Part shown: positions 20,463 to 29,931 of the stretch, piece by piece
Layout: the number at the start of each line of letters is the position of its first letter
Numbering within the stretch: position 1 is the first letter of the stretch
IMG/VR virus record: IMGVR_UViG_3300046461_000319
Source: a virus
Length of the DNA: 64,000 nt
Direction: 5' to 3' (one strand)
Program-made: the position numbers and the translations under genes
Notes under the pieces: generated by a model
Told to the model about the DNA's origin: nothing
The model's database searches: none
The model's input: the letters and a program-made list of their open reading frames with translations, nothing else

Positions 20463-20744
20463 ATGAAACTAGACCTTGACCTTGACAATCTCCGGAGTGA
20501 CTCCATAGATTTTACCCAAGCAGAGGCAGAAGAAGCTATCTCTGTCAAATCTGCCTCTGCCATGATTGACCATCTTAAGACTCTGCATTGTCGCGAGTGT
20601 GGGGATGCCATCTTTCCGGCTTCCCACGAGCAGCGCCGACTTGCAGGGGTCCTGTATTGCCGAATGCGCCTTGCCTGTGAAGGTATGCACGAGACCCGGA
20701 TCGTCTTTCTGGTCTCGGACCTCCAGAACAAGGCTGTTGAGTAA
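20463..20744 (+). CDS. Hypothetical small Cys-containing protein
   Basis: ATG at 20463; CREC...C...C. Confidence 0.5.
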   Translation: MKLDLDLDNLRSDSIDFTQAEAEEAISVKSASAMIDHLKTLHCRECGDAIFPASHEQRRLAGVLYCRMRLACEGMHETRIVFLVSDLQNKAVE

Positions 20745-20749
20745 TCCTC

Positions 20750-21187
20750 TTGAGTTTTGACGTAGGTATGTCTTGCGGATGCCAAAATACACCCTGTGCT
20801 TGTGGTCCTTGTGGTCCTAACGCGGGGTTTCCTCCGGGGACCGGGCTTGGTACCGGGACCCGTTGCGATCGTTACCAGCCGGGGCTGAGGAATGTGTGGG
20901 TTGAGCGCGGCTGTACGCCCAACGATGTCACAGCACCCGGGGTCTGCCTGCTGGATACGATGAGCGATGCGCAGATCATCCACTCGTTGGAGAGAGATGA
21001 TCAAGCTAGGGAGGACCTCTTAACGGTCACCTCTGACCCCGCTTTGTTGGAACTGGCAAGGACAGTCCCTCGTCTGCCGACTGTCGAGGAGGCGGACGTT
21101 GAGCAAGCCTTGCTCAATCAGCCAAACAACTCCGGCTCCATCCCGTTCTACTCGCTCTTTCGCGGACAGCCGCCGTTTGCTCAATGA
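20750..21187 (+). CDS. Hypothetical protein, Cys/Gly-rich N-terminus
   Basis: MSCGCQNTPCACGPCG. Confidence 0.55.
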   Translation: MSFDVGMSCGCQNTPCACGPCGPNAGFPPGTGLGTGTRCDRYQPGLRNVWVERGCTPNDVTAPGVCLLDTMSDAQIIHSLERDDQAREDLLTVTSDPALLELARTVPRLPTVEEADVEQALLNQPNNSGSIPFYSLFRGQPPFAQ

Positions 21188-21203
21188 CCCTCTGGAGAGC
21201 TCA

Positions 21204-21605
21204 ATGAATCGTCACGCGCGGCGTGCCGCGAAAAGCAAAACGCCACACGCCGAAGTCTCAAAGACGCTTGAAGGGATTCGCGAGTTCGCCAGCATCGCGG
21301 AAGAGTTCAAGCCCTACCTTGCCCAGATCGGTGCACTGCAGGCTCAACTCGAGAGTGCCACGCAAATCCTGCGTGAACTGGAAAACATCCCGCAAGATTT
21401 GCGCGCGCTTCAAGACGAGAACCGAGCTCTGCGGGGCGAGCTCAAATTCCATGCGGCAGTGTTCAGGCGAATGTTTGCCCGCGGGATGGATGTGCCCCTG
21501 GACACGATCGTTTCAATGGAGACCGAAATTCATAATGCCCTCAAGACCGTTCAATCCGCCCCCGAAGGCTCAACGGAAGATTCAGGCGCCCGTACGCAAC
21601 CTTGA
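21204..21605 (+). CDS. Hypothetical coiled-coil protein
   Basis: ATG after ggagag; MNRHARRA (SEC-C-tail-like) start; heptad pattern. Confidence 0.6.
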   Translation: MNRHARRAAKSKTPHAEVSKTLEGIREFASIAEEFKPYLAQIGALQAQLESATQILRELENIPQDLRALQDENRALRGELKFHAAVFRRMFARGMDVPLDTIVSMETEIHNALKTVQSAPEGSTEDSGARTQP

Positions 21606-21618
21606 TTGGTACCGACTC

Positions 21619-21792
21619 ATGCAGTTGGTGATTCGGCGCGCTGAAGAACTCCAAGATCGGCAGTTGCCCGGCCTTCGCAGGGCGCTTGCGGAGGGGAAGG
21701 CCGAACAAGCCCTACGCCGGCTCGGCATAATTCATGTAGGGGACATTGAGCGTGAGTTCCCCCTTTCCACAGGTCCGTCAAGCCGAGCCTGA
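21619..21792 (+). CDS. Possible small hypothetical protein
   Basis: MQLVIRRAEELQDRQLPGLRRAL..., fills the gap. Confidence 0.3.
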   Translation: MQLVIRRAEELQDRQLPGLRRALAEGKAEQALRRLGIIHVGDIEREFPLSTGPSSRA

Positions 21793-21999
21793 TCACGTCA
21801 ATAGTGAGTCGATCTTCGTAGAAGTCATTCCTCAACAACAACCCGTGCACGTTGCTGGGTTACATTGATCGTGTTAATCTCGGCTAGGATAAGTCGAGTA
21901 AATAAGTAGGACCAAACCCCACCTTGTCACTCGTGCTTATCCAGTGCCCTACCGTTGAAGGTCTTCGTCTGGAAAACACGCAAATGGAGATGCGTACCA

Positions 22000-22755
22000 A
22001 TGTCAGAAAGTGTCCCGTCACCGAACATCTCTGAGGAGATCACTCGTCTTCGAACCCTGCTATCGAAACAGCTGAATGACGCCAAGGCGCGTCTCAGTGT
22101 GGCTCAGGCAGGATTGTCCGCAGCGCAAACGGAGCTGGAGGCGGCTACCGTTGACGCGGACATGGCTGAAAAGCAGTTCGCGGATTACAACGTTCTGTTT
22201 CAAAAGCAGCCCGCGGCTGCCGCGAAGGGCAACGCCAAGCCCGGCCCCGTCGCCAAGTCCGGAGCTAATGCGACGCCTGCAAAGGCTGCAAAGGTTGTCG
22301 TTCAGAACAAGCCGAAAGGTGCGCCAGGTCGCCCGAAGCAGGCGGCTGGTGGATCCATTGCTGGAACCGTTCCTGAGCGCCTCGCGTATGTCATGGGCCG
22401 GCGGATCTGGACAGCTCCGGAGCTGGAGGCAGCCTTAGAGACAGCCGGTGTCCATCTGAAGTCCGGCAACGTGAAGAGCTACATTTCGACCACGCTGAAT
22501 TCCAGCATGAAGAACGCAAAGGGGCCGGATGGCACCGAGCTCAAGGGTACCAATGGGAAGCCCATCAAGGTCCACGTGTTCAAGAACGTAGATCGCGGGC
22601 ACTACCGTGTGGCGACGGCAGAGGATACCCAGATCGAGCTGGCGGAGATTCGCGTGCGTGAAGCGGCCGGCGACGATGAAGGCGAGACTCCGGCTGACGA
22701 ATTGTTCGCCAAGAGGGGCATCGATGTTCGTGGGGCTATGGCCGCGAACCACTGA
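22000..22755 (+). CDS. Coiled-coil, Lys/Ala-rich, probable winged-helix DNA-binding protein
   Basis: SD ggag; WTAPELEAAL...YISTTL...FKNVDRGHYRV. Confidence 0.6.
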   Translation: MSESVPSPNISEEITRLRTLLSKQLNDAKARLSVAQAGLSAAQTELEAATVDADMAEKQFADYNVLFQKQPAAAAKGNAKPGPVAKSGANATPAKAAKVVVQNKPKGAPGRPKQAAGGSIAGTVPERLAYVMGRRIWTAPELEAALETAGVHLKSGNVKSYISTTLNSSMKNAKGPDGTELKGTNGKPIKVHVFKNVDRGHYRVATAEDTQIELAEIRVREAAGDDEGETPADELFAKRGIDVRGAMAANH

Positions 22756-22761
22756 GAGCGA

Positions 22762-22825
22762 AGAACGAGGGGTTTGAGAGGTTTTGGAGGGGACCGGTAG
22801 TTATCGGCCCCCTCGTTCTGTTTTT
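22762..22825 (+). terminator. Intrinsic terminator with two alternative 5' arms
   Basis: gaggggaccg/cggccccctc inner stem, or agaacgagggg/cccctcgttct outer stem, then gttttt. Confidence 0.6.
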
Positions 22826-22848
22826 GTGGCCGCGGTGTATTGGGGACC

Positions 22849-23373
22849 GTGGATGCAGGAGACCTCATTCAGTGGCGCGGGCTACTCTGGCTGGTCCGCA
22901 AGGTAGACCGCGAGCTCGTGACCGCCGTTGTCGAGTCGGCGGATCGCCGCACCGAGGTACTGCCGTCGGACGCTGACCAGACCGGCGCCTGTGAGGTCTG
23001 GTGCAGCCCCCCGCGAGAGTGGCCGTCGGCTGCATTGCCATTTTGTAGTCTCACGCGTCTTGGCCACGTCTGGCGAGCCAGAACGGAACTGACGCGGCTG
23101 CAAGACTGGGTGAAGCTGGACGATTTTCAGATCGGTGGCGCGCTCTACCTCAACCCCGAGCTGCGTCTGGGGTACGGGGACCGCCTCACGGTCGTGTATC
23201 TGGGCTCGCGAGATAGGCGGACCGCTCGCTCTGTGGAGATCCCACGGCACTTTAGCCCGCTGCCGACAAGGCACCCGACCGCTGGGGCGCCGACCGCTGG
23301 GGCGCCGAGCGGTGCTGCACTTGCCGCACCAAAGAGCTCGACCTTGTTTCGATTGCTCAAGGATCCTGAATGA
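22849..23373 (+). CDS. Hypothetical protein
   Basis: GTG 9 nt after GGTGTA; coupled to the next gene. Confidence 0.6.
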   Translation: MDAGDLIQWRGLLWLVRKVDRELVTAVVESADRRTEVLPSDADQTGACEVWCSPPREWPSAALPFCSLTRLGHVWRARTELTRLQDWVKLDDFQIGGALYLNPELRLGYGDRLTVVYLGSRDRRTARSVEIPRHFSPLPTRHPTAGAPTAGAPSGAALAAPKSSTLFRLLKDPE

Positions 23374-23996
23374 AGCGGCATCTTCCTATTCTTGCGGAGC
23401 GGGCGGTTGGGCACATCAAGGCCCTCCAGATAAAGACCGGCCATGAGCACGAGCTGCAGATGCGCCTCAATGAGCCGTTCACGTCATGCCGGAAAGGTTG
23501 CGCATCGTGTTGCAGCCACCCGTTTTTGATAACGATCGCCGAAGGGCTCATCTTGTACCGTTGGCTACACGAGAACAAAAAGTGGACACCTCGTGTGCGC
23601 CGTGAAGTAGAGGAAGCGAGAGGCCAGACGCTTGGGCTCCCATTTGAGATCTGGCTTCTAAGTAACATCCGTTGCCCGATCTTAGATGCGGAGGGGGCTT
23701 GCTCTGCTTACGAAGCGAGACCCTTGAGGTGTCGTCTCACGTTCTCAACGGGCGACCCGCGGCAATGTCGCCCAAATGAGCTCGGAGCTCAGACGCCGAT
23801 TGTCCCGTACGCAGACACCATGGTTGCGTTCACTCGCGCGAGTCTCGAGATTTTGCAGAAAGCCAACGCGAGAAGCAGTCTTATGCCTCTCGCGGAAGCA
23901 GTGCTTCTGGCTGAAGCGATCGAGACGGGCAAGCTGGACATTAGAGACACTGAATTACAGCACGTAAAGGACTTGATGGATGGCCAGCCCCAGTAA
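23370..23996 (+). CDS. YkgJ/FliB-like cysteine-cluster (Fe-S/Zn) protein
   Basis: CRKGCASCC, CPIL...CSAYEARPLRCR. Confidence 0.8.
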   Translation: MKRHLPILAERAVGHIKALQIKTGHEHELQMRLNEPFTSCRKGCASCCSHPFLITIAEGLILYRWLHENKKWTPRVRREVEEARGQTLGLPFEIWLLSNIRCPILDAEGACSAYEARPLRCRLTFSTGDPRQCRPNELGAQTPIVPYADTMVAFTRASLEILQKANARSSLMPLAEAVLLAEAIETGKLDIRDTELQHVKDLMDGQPQ

Positions 23997-24264
23997 CTGC
24001 TGCATGTGCGGAGAGATGTTCATTTTTGGCGAGGTGCTCTACCTTACCAATGAAGAGGTGGCAACGATTGGCCACGATACCCAGCGAGAGGTTCCCTACT
24101 GTCGAGACTGTCTAAAGTCTATGCGCAACCTTCATCAAGGGGCCAACATCTTGGCCGGCGTTTTCGAGCGCAAGCTGAGAGCTGCTGGTGTAATTGGAGC
24201 GGACGCGGTAGCCGACAAATTCAAAGAGAGGCTTGTGGCAGCGGCCACACGAAAGCTCCAATGA
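23980..24264 (+). CDS. Hypothetical Zn-finger protein
   Basis: CCMC...YCRDC. Confidence 0.55.
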   Translation: MASPSNCCMCGEMFIFGEVLYLTNEEVATIGHDTQREVPYCRDCLKSMRNLHQGANILAGVFERKLRAAGVIGADAVADKFKERLVAAATRKLQ

Positions 24265-24920
24265 CCATCACAGTCGAAGAACATCTGGCGGCATTTGTGG
24301 AGTATGGAGAAGAGCATTGGCGGGGAGAGGTGCAACGCCTCATTGTCGACGCCCTTCGCACTGGCTCTGCTAAGCACGAGGCCTTCTGGCGGGACTTCAC
24401 CAAGGACTTCGATTGGTTGGATTGGGACCTGCTCAAGCAGCAAGCCCAGCCCACAGCACCCCGGACCGAGCAGTTGGTCGCGGAGGCGTTCAAATCACAG
24501 ATGCCTGGGATCAAATCACAGGCGCAGTACGACGCAGCGGTCGGAGCTCTTGAAGCCACGCGGCTCGTGATCAACTCCCTCTTGAATGTCGACCGGAGAG
24601 GCGAGCTCGATGCCCAGCGGGCGCTTGAGCTCGCTTTCGATGCGGTGCGTAAGGCGACCGAGCTGACGCGCAAGCTTGAAGAGGCACCAGAGGCTGCAAC
24701 CAGCGACGCCGCGAAGCAATTCAAGGACGCTCCGGCGCAGTACCAGGAAGTCGAGATTCATAGTCAGCTTACGCTAGAGCTGCAGTTGATCCGATCGGTC
24801 GGCGCGCTCAACGATTGGTATGCCTCGACCAGGGACCGGCGCGACAAAATCGTGACCCAGAGCATGCGGAACGAATTGCTTGACGCGATTCGGGCGAAGC
24901 GCAACGCTTTGGCAGGCTGA
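24261..24920 (+). CDS. Hypothetical alpha-helical protein
   Basis: Coupled ORF in operon. Confidence 0.6.
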   Translation: MTITVEEHLAAFVEYGEEHWRGEVQRLIVDALRTGSAKHEAFWRDFTKDFDWLDWDLLKQQAQPTAPRTEQLVAEAFKSQMPGIKSQAQYDAAVGALEATRLVINSLLNVDRRGELDAQRALELAFDAVRKATELTRKLEEAPEAATSDAAKQFKDAPAQYQEVEIHSQLTLELQLIRSVGALNDWYASTRDRRDKIVTQSMRNELLDAIRAKRNALAG

Positions 24921-25402
24921 TGATCGTCTCATTCACGGGCCATCGCCCCCAAAAGTTTGGCGGCTTCAAGCCATGTGCCACGCATGATCGGGTCCGAGCT
25001 CGCGTGCGTGAAAAGCTCTTGGAGCTCAAGCCCACAGAAGCTGTTTCGGGGATGGCTCTTGGTTTTGACCAATGGGCCACGGAGGTCTGTCTAGAGCTCG
25101 GGATCCCGTTCACTGCTGCGGTGCCCTTTCCGGGGCAGGAGCTCGAGTGGCCATGGCCCGCGCAACAGCTCTATTACACGCTTATCAAGAAGGCGGCGCG
25201 GGTTCATGTGGTCGACCAGGTGGCTCCGGAAGCGCGTTGGGAGGCCATAAAGAAACTTCACGCCCGCAACCACTGGATGGTCGATAACTCTGACGCTCTG
25301 GTCGCCGCCTGGGATGGGAGTAGGGCCGGCGGCACCGCGGCGTGCGTCAGGTACGCTCAAAAGGTCGGGCGCGTGGTTCACCGGATCGGTGATTGGTCAT
25401 GA
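24920..25402 (+). CDS. SLOG-superfamily protein (YspA/DUF1273-like)
   Basis: FTGHRP, SGMALGFDQWA, RNHWMVDNSD, WDG..GGTA. Confidence 0.8.
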   Translation: MIVSFTGHRPQKFGGFKPCATHDRVRARVREKLLELKPTEAVSGMALGFDQWATEVCLELGIPFTAAVPFPGQELEWPWPAQQLYYTLIKKAARVHVVDQVAPEARWEAIKKLHARNHWMVDNSDALVAAWDGSRAGGTAACVRYAQKVGRVVHRIGDWS

Positions 25403-25872
25403 TCAACTACGCCCAGGGCGACGCAACCGTCCCGCGGCTGGCTCGATGCGAGACCGGGATGATCGTTCATGTCTGCAACGACCGCGGCGGCTGGGGCCGC
25501 GGCTTCGTCCTAGCTATCTCCAAGCGTTGGCCTCAACCCGAGGCTCAATACCGGCGCTGGCATCGCACGAACAGCAACGAGCAGATGGAGCCGTTCGAGC
25601 TCGGCAACATCCAGTATGTGCGGGTCGAGCCCAGCATCTACGTGGTCAATATGATTGCGCAGGCCGGCTACGGTACGATCAGGCGCCCGCTCCGGCTCGA
25701 AGCGCTCGAACATTGTCTCGAGAAGGTCGCGCAACTAGCGCTGGAGTTGAAAGCCTCTGTTCACATGCCGCGTATCGGCACTGGGTTAGGGGGAGCATTT
25801 TGGGAAGCTGTGGAGCCGATCGTGGCTCGGCAGCTCCAGGAACTTCCAGTGACAGTCTACGACTTTGCCTGA
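25399..25872 (+). CDS. Macrodomain (TARG1/DarG-like ADP-ribosyl hydrolase)
   Basis: IVHVCND.GGWGRGFVLAI, VVNMIAQ, VHMPRIGTGLGG. Confidence 0.85.
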   Translation: MINYAQGDATVPRLARCETGMIVHVCNDRGGWGRGFVLAISKRWPQPEAQYRRWHRTNSNEQMEPFELGNIQYVRVEPSIYVVNMIAQAGYGTIRRPLRLEALEHCLEKVAQLALELKASVHMPRIGTGLGGAFWEAVEPIVARQLQELPVTVYDFA

Positions 25873-25904
25873 TCGGTGTAGGGGCTCCGAAAGGAGGCCT
25901 CTAC

Positions 25905-26873
25905 GTGTTAGATCTAGATGCCCTGACTCAAGTCACTGATATCGTATGTCACGACAACTGTGCTGACGGCACTGTCTCGGCGATGCTGCTGCACGATGCA
26001 TTACCGCTCGCGAATATACAGTTTTGCCAGTACGGAGCTGCTCAAGAGAAACTTGAGGTCAAACCGAACACGCTGTTCTGTGACTTCTCTCCGCATGAAT
26101 CGCGCTATCAGGAGTTCGTGGATGCGGGGGCCATCATCCTCGACCACCATAAGAGCGCTAAGCCCATTGTTGAGGCATTCGGAGAGCGTGGTGTGTTCGG
26201 GGATGAAGTGACTGAACCAGGGGTGTGCGGAGCGGTTCTGGCTTTCCGCCACGTCTGGCTTCCAATGACGAATCTAAAATCCACGCATGACGATGAAGTC
26301 CGGTTCGCTGCAGAGATTGCCCGGTTGAGTGGGATTCGAGACACCTGGCAGAAGCACGACCCGGACTGGCCCAAAGCATGCGAGCTAGCGGAAGGTATCC
26401 GGTTCTTCTCACAGGAGAGCTGGTTAGTTTACGCCCCGTTCTCAGCGGCTCGCAAACCTTGGTGGGATGCTCGGCGGTCGGTGGGCCAGCGGCTGGTAGA
26501 ACAGCACCATGGGACCATTCTCAAGGCTCTCGATGGCGCCTACCACTTCACGAGCCCCGGCGGAACACGGGTAGTCATGTTCCAGGGGACGAAACTTACT
26601 AGCGATGCCTGTGAAGTAGTGAAGGATGGAGCCGATCTCGTTGTAGGGTTTGATTATTTTGCCATAGTGGATGGACAAGCCCCCCTTGGGTACTCTCTCA
26701 GATCCAACCACTCCGCGTTCGACTGCGCGGCCTTCTGTAAGAGCATGGGTGGAGGAGGTCATACCAAGGCTGCTGGGTTTTCCGTGCGTTTCGATCCAGC
26801 ACTTGGGGCTAGCGATCCGTACTCACTTTTTCAAAGCAAAGTCAGCAAGTATGAAGCCGCGACAGGGGTTTAA
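25905..26873 (+). CDS. DHH/DHHA1 phosphoesterase
   Basis: CHDNCADG, ILDHHKS, GGGGHTKAAGF; GTG start with ggagg SD. Confidence 0.78.
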   Translation: MLDLDALTQVTDIVCHDNCADGTVSAMLLHDALPLANIQFCQYGAAQEKLEVKPNTLFCDFSPHESRYQEFVDAGAIILDHHKSAKPIVEAFGERGVFGDEVTEPGVCGAVLAFRHVWLPMTNLKSTHDDEVRFAAEIARLSGIRDTWQKHDPDWPKACELAEGIRFFSQESWLVYAPFSAARKPWWDARRSVGQRLVEQHHGTILKALDGAYHFTSPGGTRVVMFQGTKLTSDACEVVKDGADLVVGFDYFAIVDGQAPLGYSLRSNHSAFDCAAFCKSMGGGGHTKAAGFSVRFDPALGASDPYSLFQSKVSKYEAATGV

Positions 26874-27198
26874 TGTTCGTCCATATCGGCCGCAATGGGT
26901 CCGAGCTCTTGGCGGACCTTTGGGTGGCCGAATCCCTCGACGCTGGCTCGAGCGGCGTGACCAGGCGGGCAACCACAACATCTGGGTCATCCACACCGAC
27001 TCAACCAAGGAGTGCCCCGGGATGTACTTGGTCCGGCACTGGCAAGTGTCACCCCGCGGGAAAATCCGTAAGGCCATCTTTCCACGCCTCGCCGCGACAA
27101 GCCTCTTAGAAGCTAGGGCTCTCATACCCTACGACTCTCAGTGCACAGACGGCTGCGATGGGGCCGCCATGCACAAGGTTCTCGAGATCTGGTATTAG
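26671..27198 (+). CDS. Hypothetical protein (true start uncertain; only the last ~80 aa look protein-like)
   Basis: IWVIHTD...YLVRHW...LLEARALIP...VLEIWY resembles small phage proteins. Confidence 0.4.
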   Translation: MDKPPLGTLSDPTTPRSTARPSVRAWVEEVIPRLLGFPCVSIQHLGLAIRTHFFKAKSASMKPRQGFNVRPYRPQWVRALGGPLGGRIPRRWLERRDQAGNHNIWVIHTDSTKECPGMYLVRHWQVSPRGKIRKAIFPRLAATSLLEARALIPYDSQCTDGCDGAAMHKVLEIWY

Positions 27199-27250
27199 GG
27201 ATCGGCCAGCCCAGAGATCAGCGTTGCGATCGCTGTTTCTCTGGGCTCGT

Positions 27251-28348
27251 CTACCCCATTCGCTCTATGATGGTCAGGCACAGTTCGTCGAGCTTCTTTC
27301 GGTCAGGCTGCCTAGGGAGCTTGGAAGACTTCACGAGCTCGCCGAGCTCGGCATCCTGGCGGTCGGAGTATTCCAGCAGTTGCTCGTATGTCCAGCAGCC
27401 ATCGCGAATCTCGAGTAGCTCCTGGGCGTCGGGGCGACGCACGCGGACCACACCTTCGGTCAAGAGCTCCCGGCACATCTTGGTTAGCCGAACGAGGTGC
27501 ATCGCGTGTTTCGAGTCGTACCCGTACTTCTCTTCAAGGGCGGCGCGGGCAGGGTTCCGGTTCGTTTTCCAGTCCTGGTACTGCTGCCACTCTTTCAATC
27601 GGCCCGTGTACTGGCGCTCGAGGTCTAGCAGCCGGATGAAATTCTCATCGAGCCCAATCGCGCGACTCGCGGCTAGCCAAACCTTGGCGTCGAGCTCATC
27701 CCAGCTCCACTGGGTGATCTCGGTGAGCCGGCGCATGAATTCGTCCTGGACCGCCTGCCTTGTGGCGGGGTCCAGGTGCTCCATTTCATGCCAGCTCCAC
27801 TGATCGACTTGCTTGGTAACAGCGGCTTGAGCTGCCGCGAGTTGATCGGCGGGGATCACGGTGCGTTCAGGGAGCCCAAACTCCTGCCGCGTTGGCGCCG
27901 CCTTTGGCGGGGACTTCAGCCATCTGTGGTGGCCTTGTATCCGGCGCAGCTGCGCCCTCGCGTAACCGCTGAAGGTGTGCTTGGCCTTCTGGCTAAGGAA
28001 CGCATCGCGATTTTCGAGCAGAACCTCCATCACCGGGTGCACCACGAGATGGTCGCTCGGGTCGGTGAAAAGGATCTCGAGGGCGTTGGGATTGGCGTCG
28101 GCCGCGAGCTTGACGAACTTTCGTAGGTCGAAAATAGTGAGGTCTACCGGCTCGTTTTGTACCGCCTGCTCGAACGTCTCGCTGATCCCGAGGTAATAGT
28201 GAATCGGAGCGACGGTGATCCCCCGGAGGTCCAGGTCGCTTGTTGGCAACGAGGTGCCGTAAGCGTGCGACCCGTGCCGCGTCAGATAGATGGTCCGCTC
28301 CGGGAGCCACTTGAGTTGCCCCGTGTATTGATTCCAATCGAAATTCAC
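27251..28348 (-). CDS. DNA polymerase beta-superfamily nucleotidyltransferase (RlaP/YcgL-like)
   Basis: GSHAYGTSLPTSDLDLRG, NPNALEILF, YDSKHAMHLVRL. Confidence 0.85.
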   Translation of the reverse strand: MNFDWNQYTGQLKWLPERTIYLTRHGSHAYGTSLPTSDLDLRGITVAPIHYYLGISETFEQAVQNEPVDLTIFDLRKFVKLAADANPNALEILFTDPSDHLVVHPVMEVLLENRDAFLSQKAKHTFSGYARAQLRRIQGHHRWLKSPPKAAPTRQEFGLPERTVIPADQLAAAQAAVTKQVDQWSWHEMEHLDPATRQAVQDEFMRRLTEITQWSWDELDAKVWLAASRAIGLDENFIRLLDLERQYTGRLKEWQQYQDWKTNRNPARAALEEKYGYDSKHAMHLVRLTKMCRELLTEGVVRVRRPDAQELLEIRDGCWTYEQLLEYSDRQDAELGELVKSSKLPRQPDRKKLDELCLTIIERMG

Positions 28349-28373
28349 TCACGGGGCTACACCATGGGGTCGG

Positions 28374-29027
28374 CTACGAGCTCGCCAAGATCTTCGTGAT
28401 GTTTCTGCGGGCCTGATCTTCGAGCCTGGTTCGGAAGAACTCCGACAGGAAGATCGACTTTTTTGCTAGCAAGCCACCAAGGAAAGCTTTGCGTCCCAGC
28501 GCCACTTGCTCGGGCGTGTACTTGAGACGCAGCTCGGCGACCACATTCATGTTGTTGTACACGACCGTTTCCCAGTGATATTGCCCAAGGCTCGCGATGT
28601 CGGCGTCGAGAAGGACGCAGCCTGCCAGTGGCGCGTCACCGGCGCCAAGTTTGCCGTGCTGCGCGGTGAGCATGATGAGCTGGCCAATCTGGGCCAACGA
28701 TTCCTCGGAAACTACCCCCTTCAACTCGTTGCGCATGAGCTCGCAGCTCTGCTGTTCGTTGCTAGGGCTCCCCGCGGCTGTGTAGACCACATCATGGAAG
28801 AGCGCCGCGAGGCGGAGCTCTTGATGCGTGAATGGGTGGAGGGCCTCTTCTGTGTAGTCCTCACAAGCCCGGTTGATCCAGCTCACTACCTCGACCGCGT
28901 GATCGAAGTCGTGATAATAGCGACCATCCCCCTCGTAGTGTTGACGTACGTTTTCTAGGGATTCTGGGCGTACGATTCCGTCCAACGTCCCCAAGGCCAA
29001 GTCGGTTTCTAATTGGGTGTAGAGCAT
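28374..29027 (-). CDS. HD-superfamily metal-dependent phosphohydrolase
   Basis: RYYHDFDH, AALFHDVVY, NEQQS, LLDADIASL. Confidence 0.82.
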   Translation of the reverse strand: MLYTQLETDLALGTLDGIVRPESLENVRQHYEGDGRYYHDFDHAVEVVSWINRACEDYTEEALHPFTHQELRLAALFHDVVYTAAGSPSNEQQSCELMRNELKGVVSEESLAQIGQLIMLTAQHGKLGAGDAPLAGCVLLDADIASLGQYHWETVVYNNMNVVAELRLKYTPEQVALGRKAFLGGLLAKKSIFLSEFFRTRLEDQARRNITKILASS

Positions 29028-29084
29028 GCCGGATCATACACCAGCGCTCAGATCCTTTGAGCGGGGCTCTGCGGTGTCCGGCGT

Positions 29085-29112
29085 GATAGGCAGGGTCCAT
29101 TCCCTGCCTATC
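29085..29112. repeat. Palindromic element copy 1 (GATA[AG]GCAGGG-TCCAT[TC]-CCCTGCCTATC)
   Basis: gataggcaggg-tccatt-ccctgcctatc, perfect 11-bp inverted repeat. Confidence 0.9.
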
Positions 29113-29203
29113 TGGTTCCTTCCCCCTGGGAAATTCTTGGTGATGTCGAATTGTTGGTCGTGAACCTCGAAGTCGCGGTGTGTTAACCAGACAGGAGGTC
29201 ACG

Positions 29204-29638
29204 ATGAAAGCGACACGGTATAGCCAATCCAAGGGCTTTGAGGACGTGGAGATCGATGACAAGTTCTACTTCGATATGTGGGACCGATCGGAGACTTGCA
29301 AGAGTTGGGGCCAAATCGACGGGGTCTGTGACTACCCCGGAAGCAATCGCGCCATCCACTGCTGGCTTACGGGCGATAAGGAATGGCCGGAGATCGTAAC
29401 GATTTCCTCGGTCGGCTGCGAGGTCGTGGTGTTTAGCAGCAGCGCCGATCGCGTGGCCTACATGCATCAATTCGCGACGCCGATGCAGACAGAGCAGCTC
29501 GACAGACTACAGCTGATTACCGGGAAGATGTTTCGCGCCATGCACGGGCACAGCACAGATACAATTTGTCAGAGCTGCGACCCGGAAGGTTGGCGCCACA
29601 TGCAAAATCGCCTTCAGCGTGCAGCCAATGCAAGCTGA
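29204..29638 (+). CDS. Hypothetical protein
   Basis: SD aggagg before ATG 29204; lies between palindrome copies 1 and 2. Confidence 0.65.
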   Translation: MKATRYSQSKGFEDVEIDDKFYFDMWDRSETCKSWGQIDGVCDYPGSNRAIHCWLTGDKEWPEIVTISSVGCEVVVFSSSADRVAYMHQFATPMQTEQLDRLQLITGKMFRAMHGHSTDTICQSCDPEGWRHMQNRLQRAANAS

Positions 29639-29661
29639 CAGGAGTTAGACCCAGACTTTCA

Positions 29662-29715
29662 GGGGAAGCAACCGGATAAGCAGGGTCCATCCCCTGCCTA
29701 TCTGGTTCCTTCTCC
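29662..29715. repeat. Palindromic element copy 2 (extended stem)
   Basis: ggggaagcaaccggataagcaggg-tccatc-ccctgcctatctggttccttctcc; core 29675-29702. Confidence 0.9.
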
Positions 29716-29757
29716 CTGAGCTTGCTGGCAAATTTCCTTGTGATAAAAGATGCTTGT

Positions 29758-29931
29758 ATGAAGCGCCATCCCTGCAAGACCCGATGCAGCTGCGACGATC
29801 CACGCTGCGAGCGCCGATGCAACTCTCTGCATCGGGACGCCAAGCGTGATCCCCTAGACGGCCGTGGGACGAGATATGGCCAGGGTGCCTGGAGCCAAGA
29901 ACGGGCGCGCCCTAATGATCATGATGACTGA
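29758..29931 (+). CDS. Small Cys/Arg-rich hypothetical protein
   Basis: MKRHPCKTRCSCDDPRCERRC; stop overlaps the next ATG. Confidence 0.4.
   Translation: MKRHPCKTRCSCDDPRCERRCNSLHRDAKRDPLDGRGTRYGQGAWSQERARPNDHDD

Noticed and set aside
25314-25904. Long 5' extension of the DHH ORF in the track (also 38325-38474, 54787-54927, 38275-38454, 17295-17519)
   Set aside because: The extensions overlap real genes or promoter regions; SD, GGTGTA or leader motifs give better downstream starts.
26873-27198. Possible programmed frameshift joining ATG 26873 to the 27198 frame
   Set aside because: No slippery heptamer seen; an in-frame TTG start or a simple indel explains it equally well.
29780-29837. cccgatgcag/ctgcatcggg inverted repeat as an ncRNA
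   Set aside because: Single copy inside a plausible Cys-rich ORF; no supporting family features.
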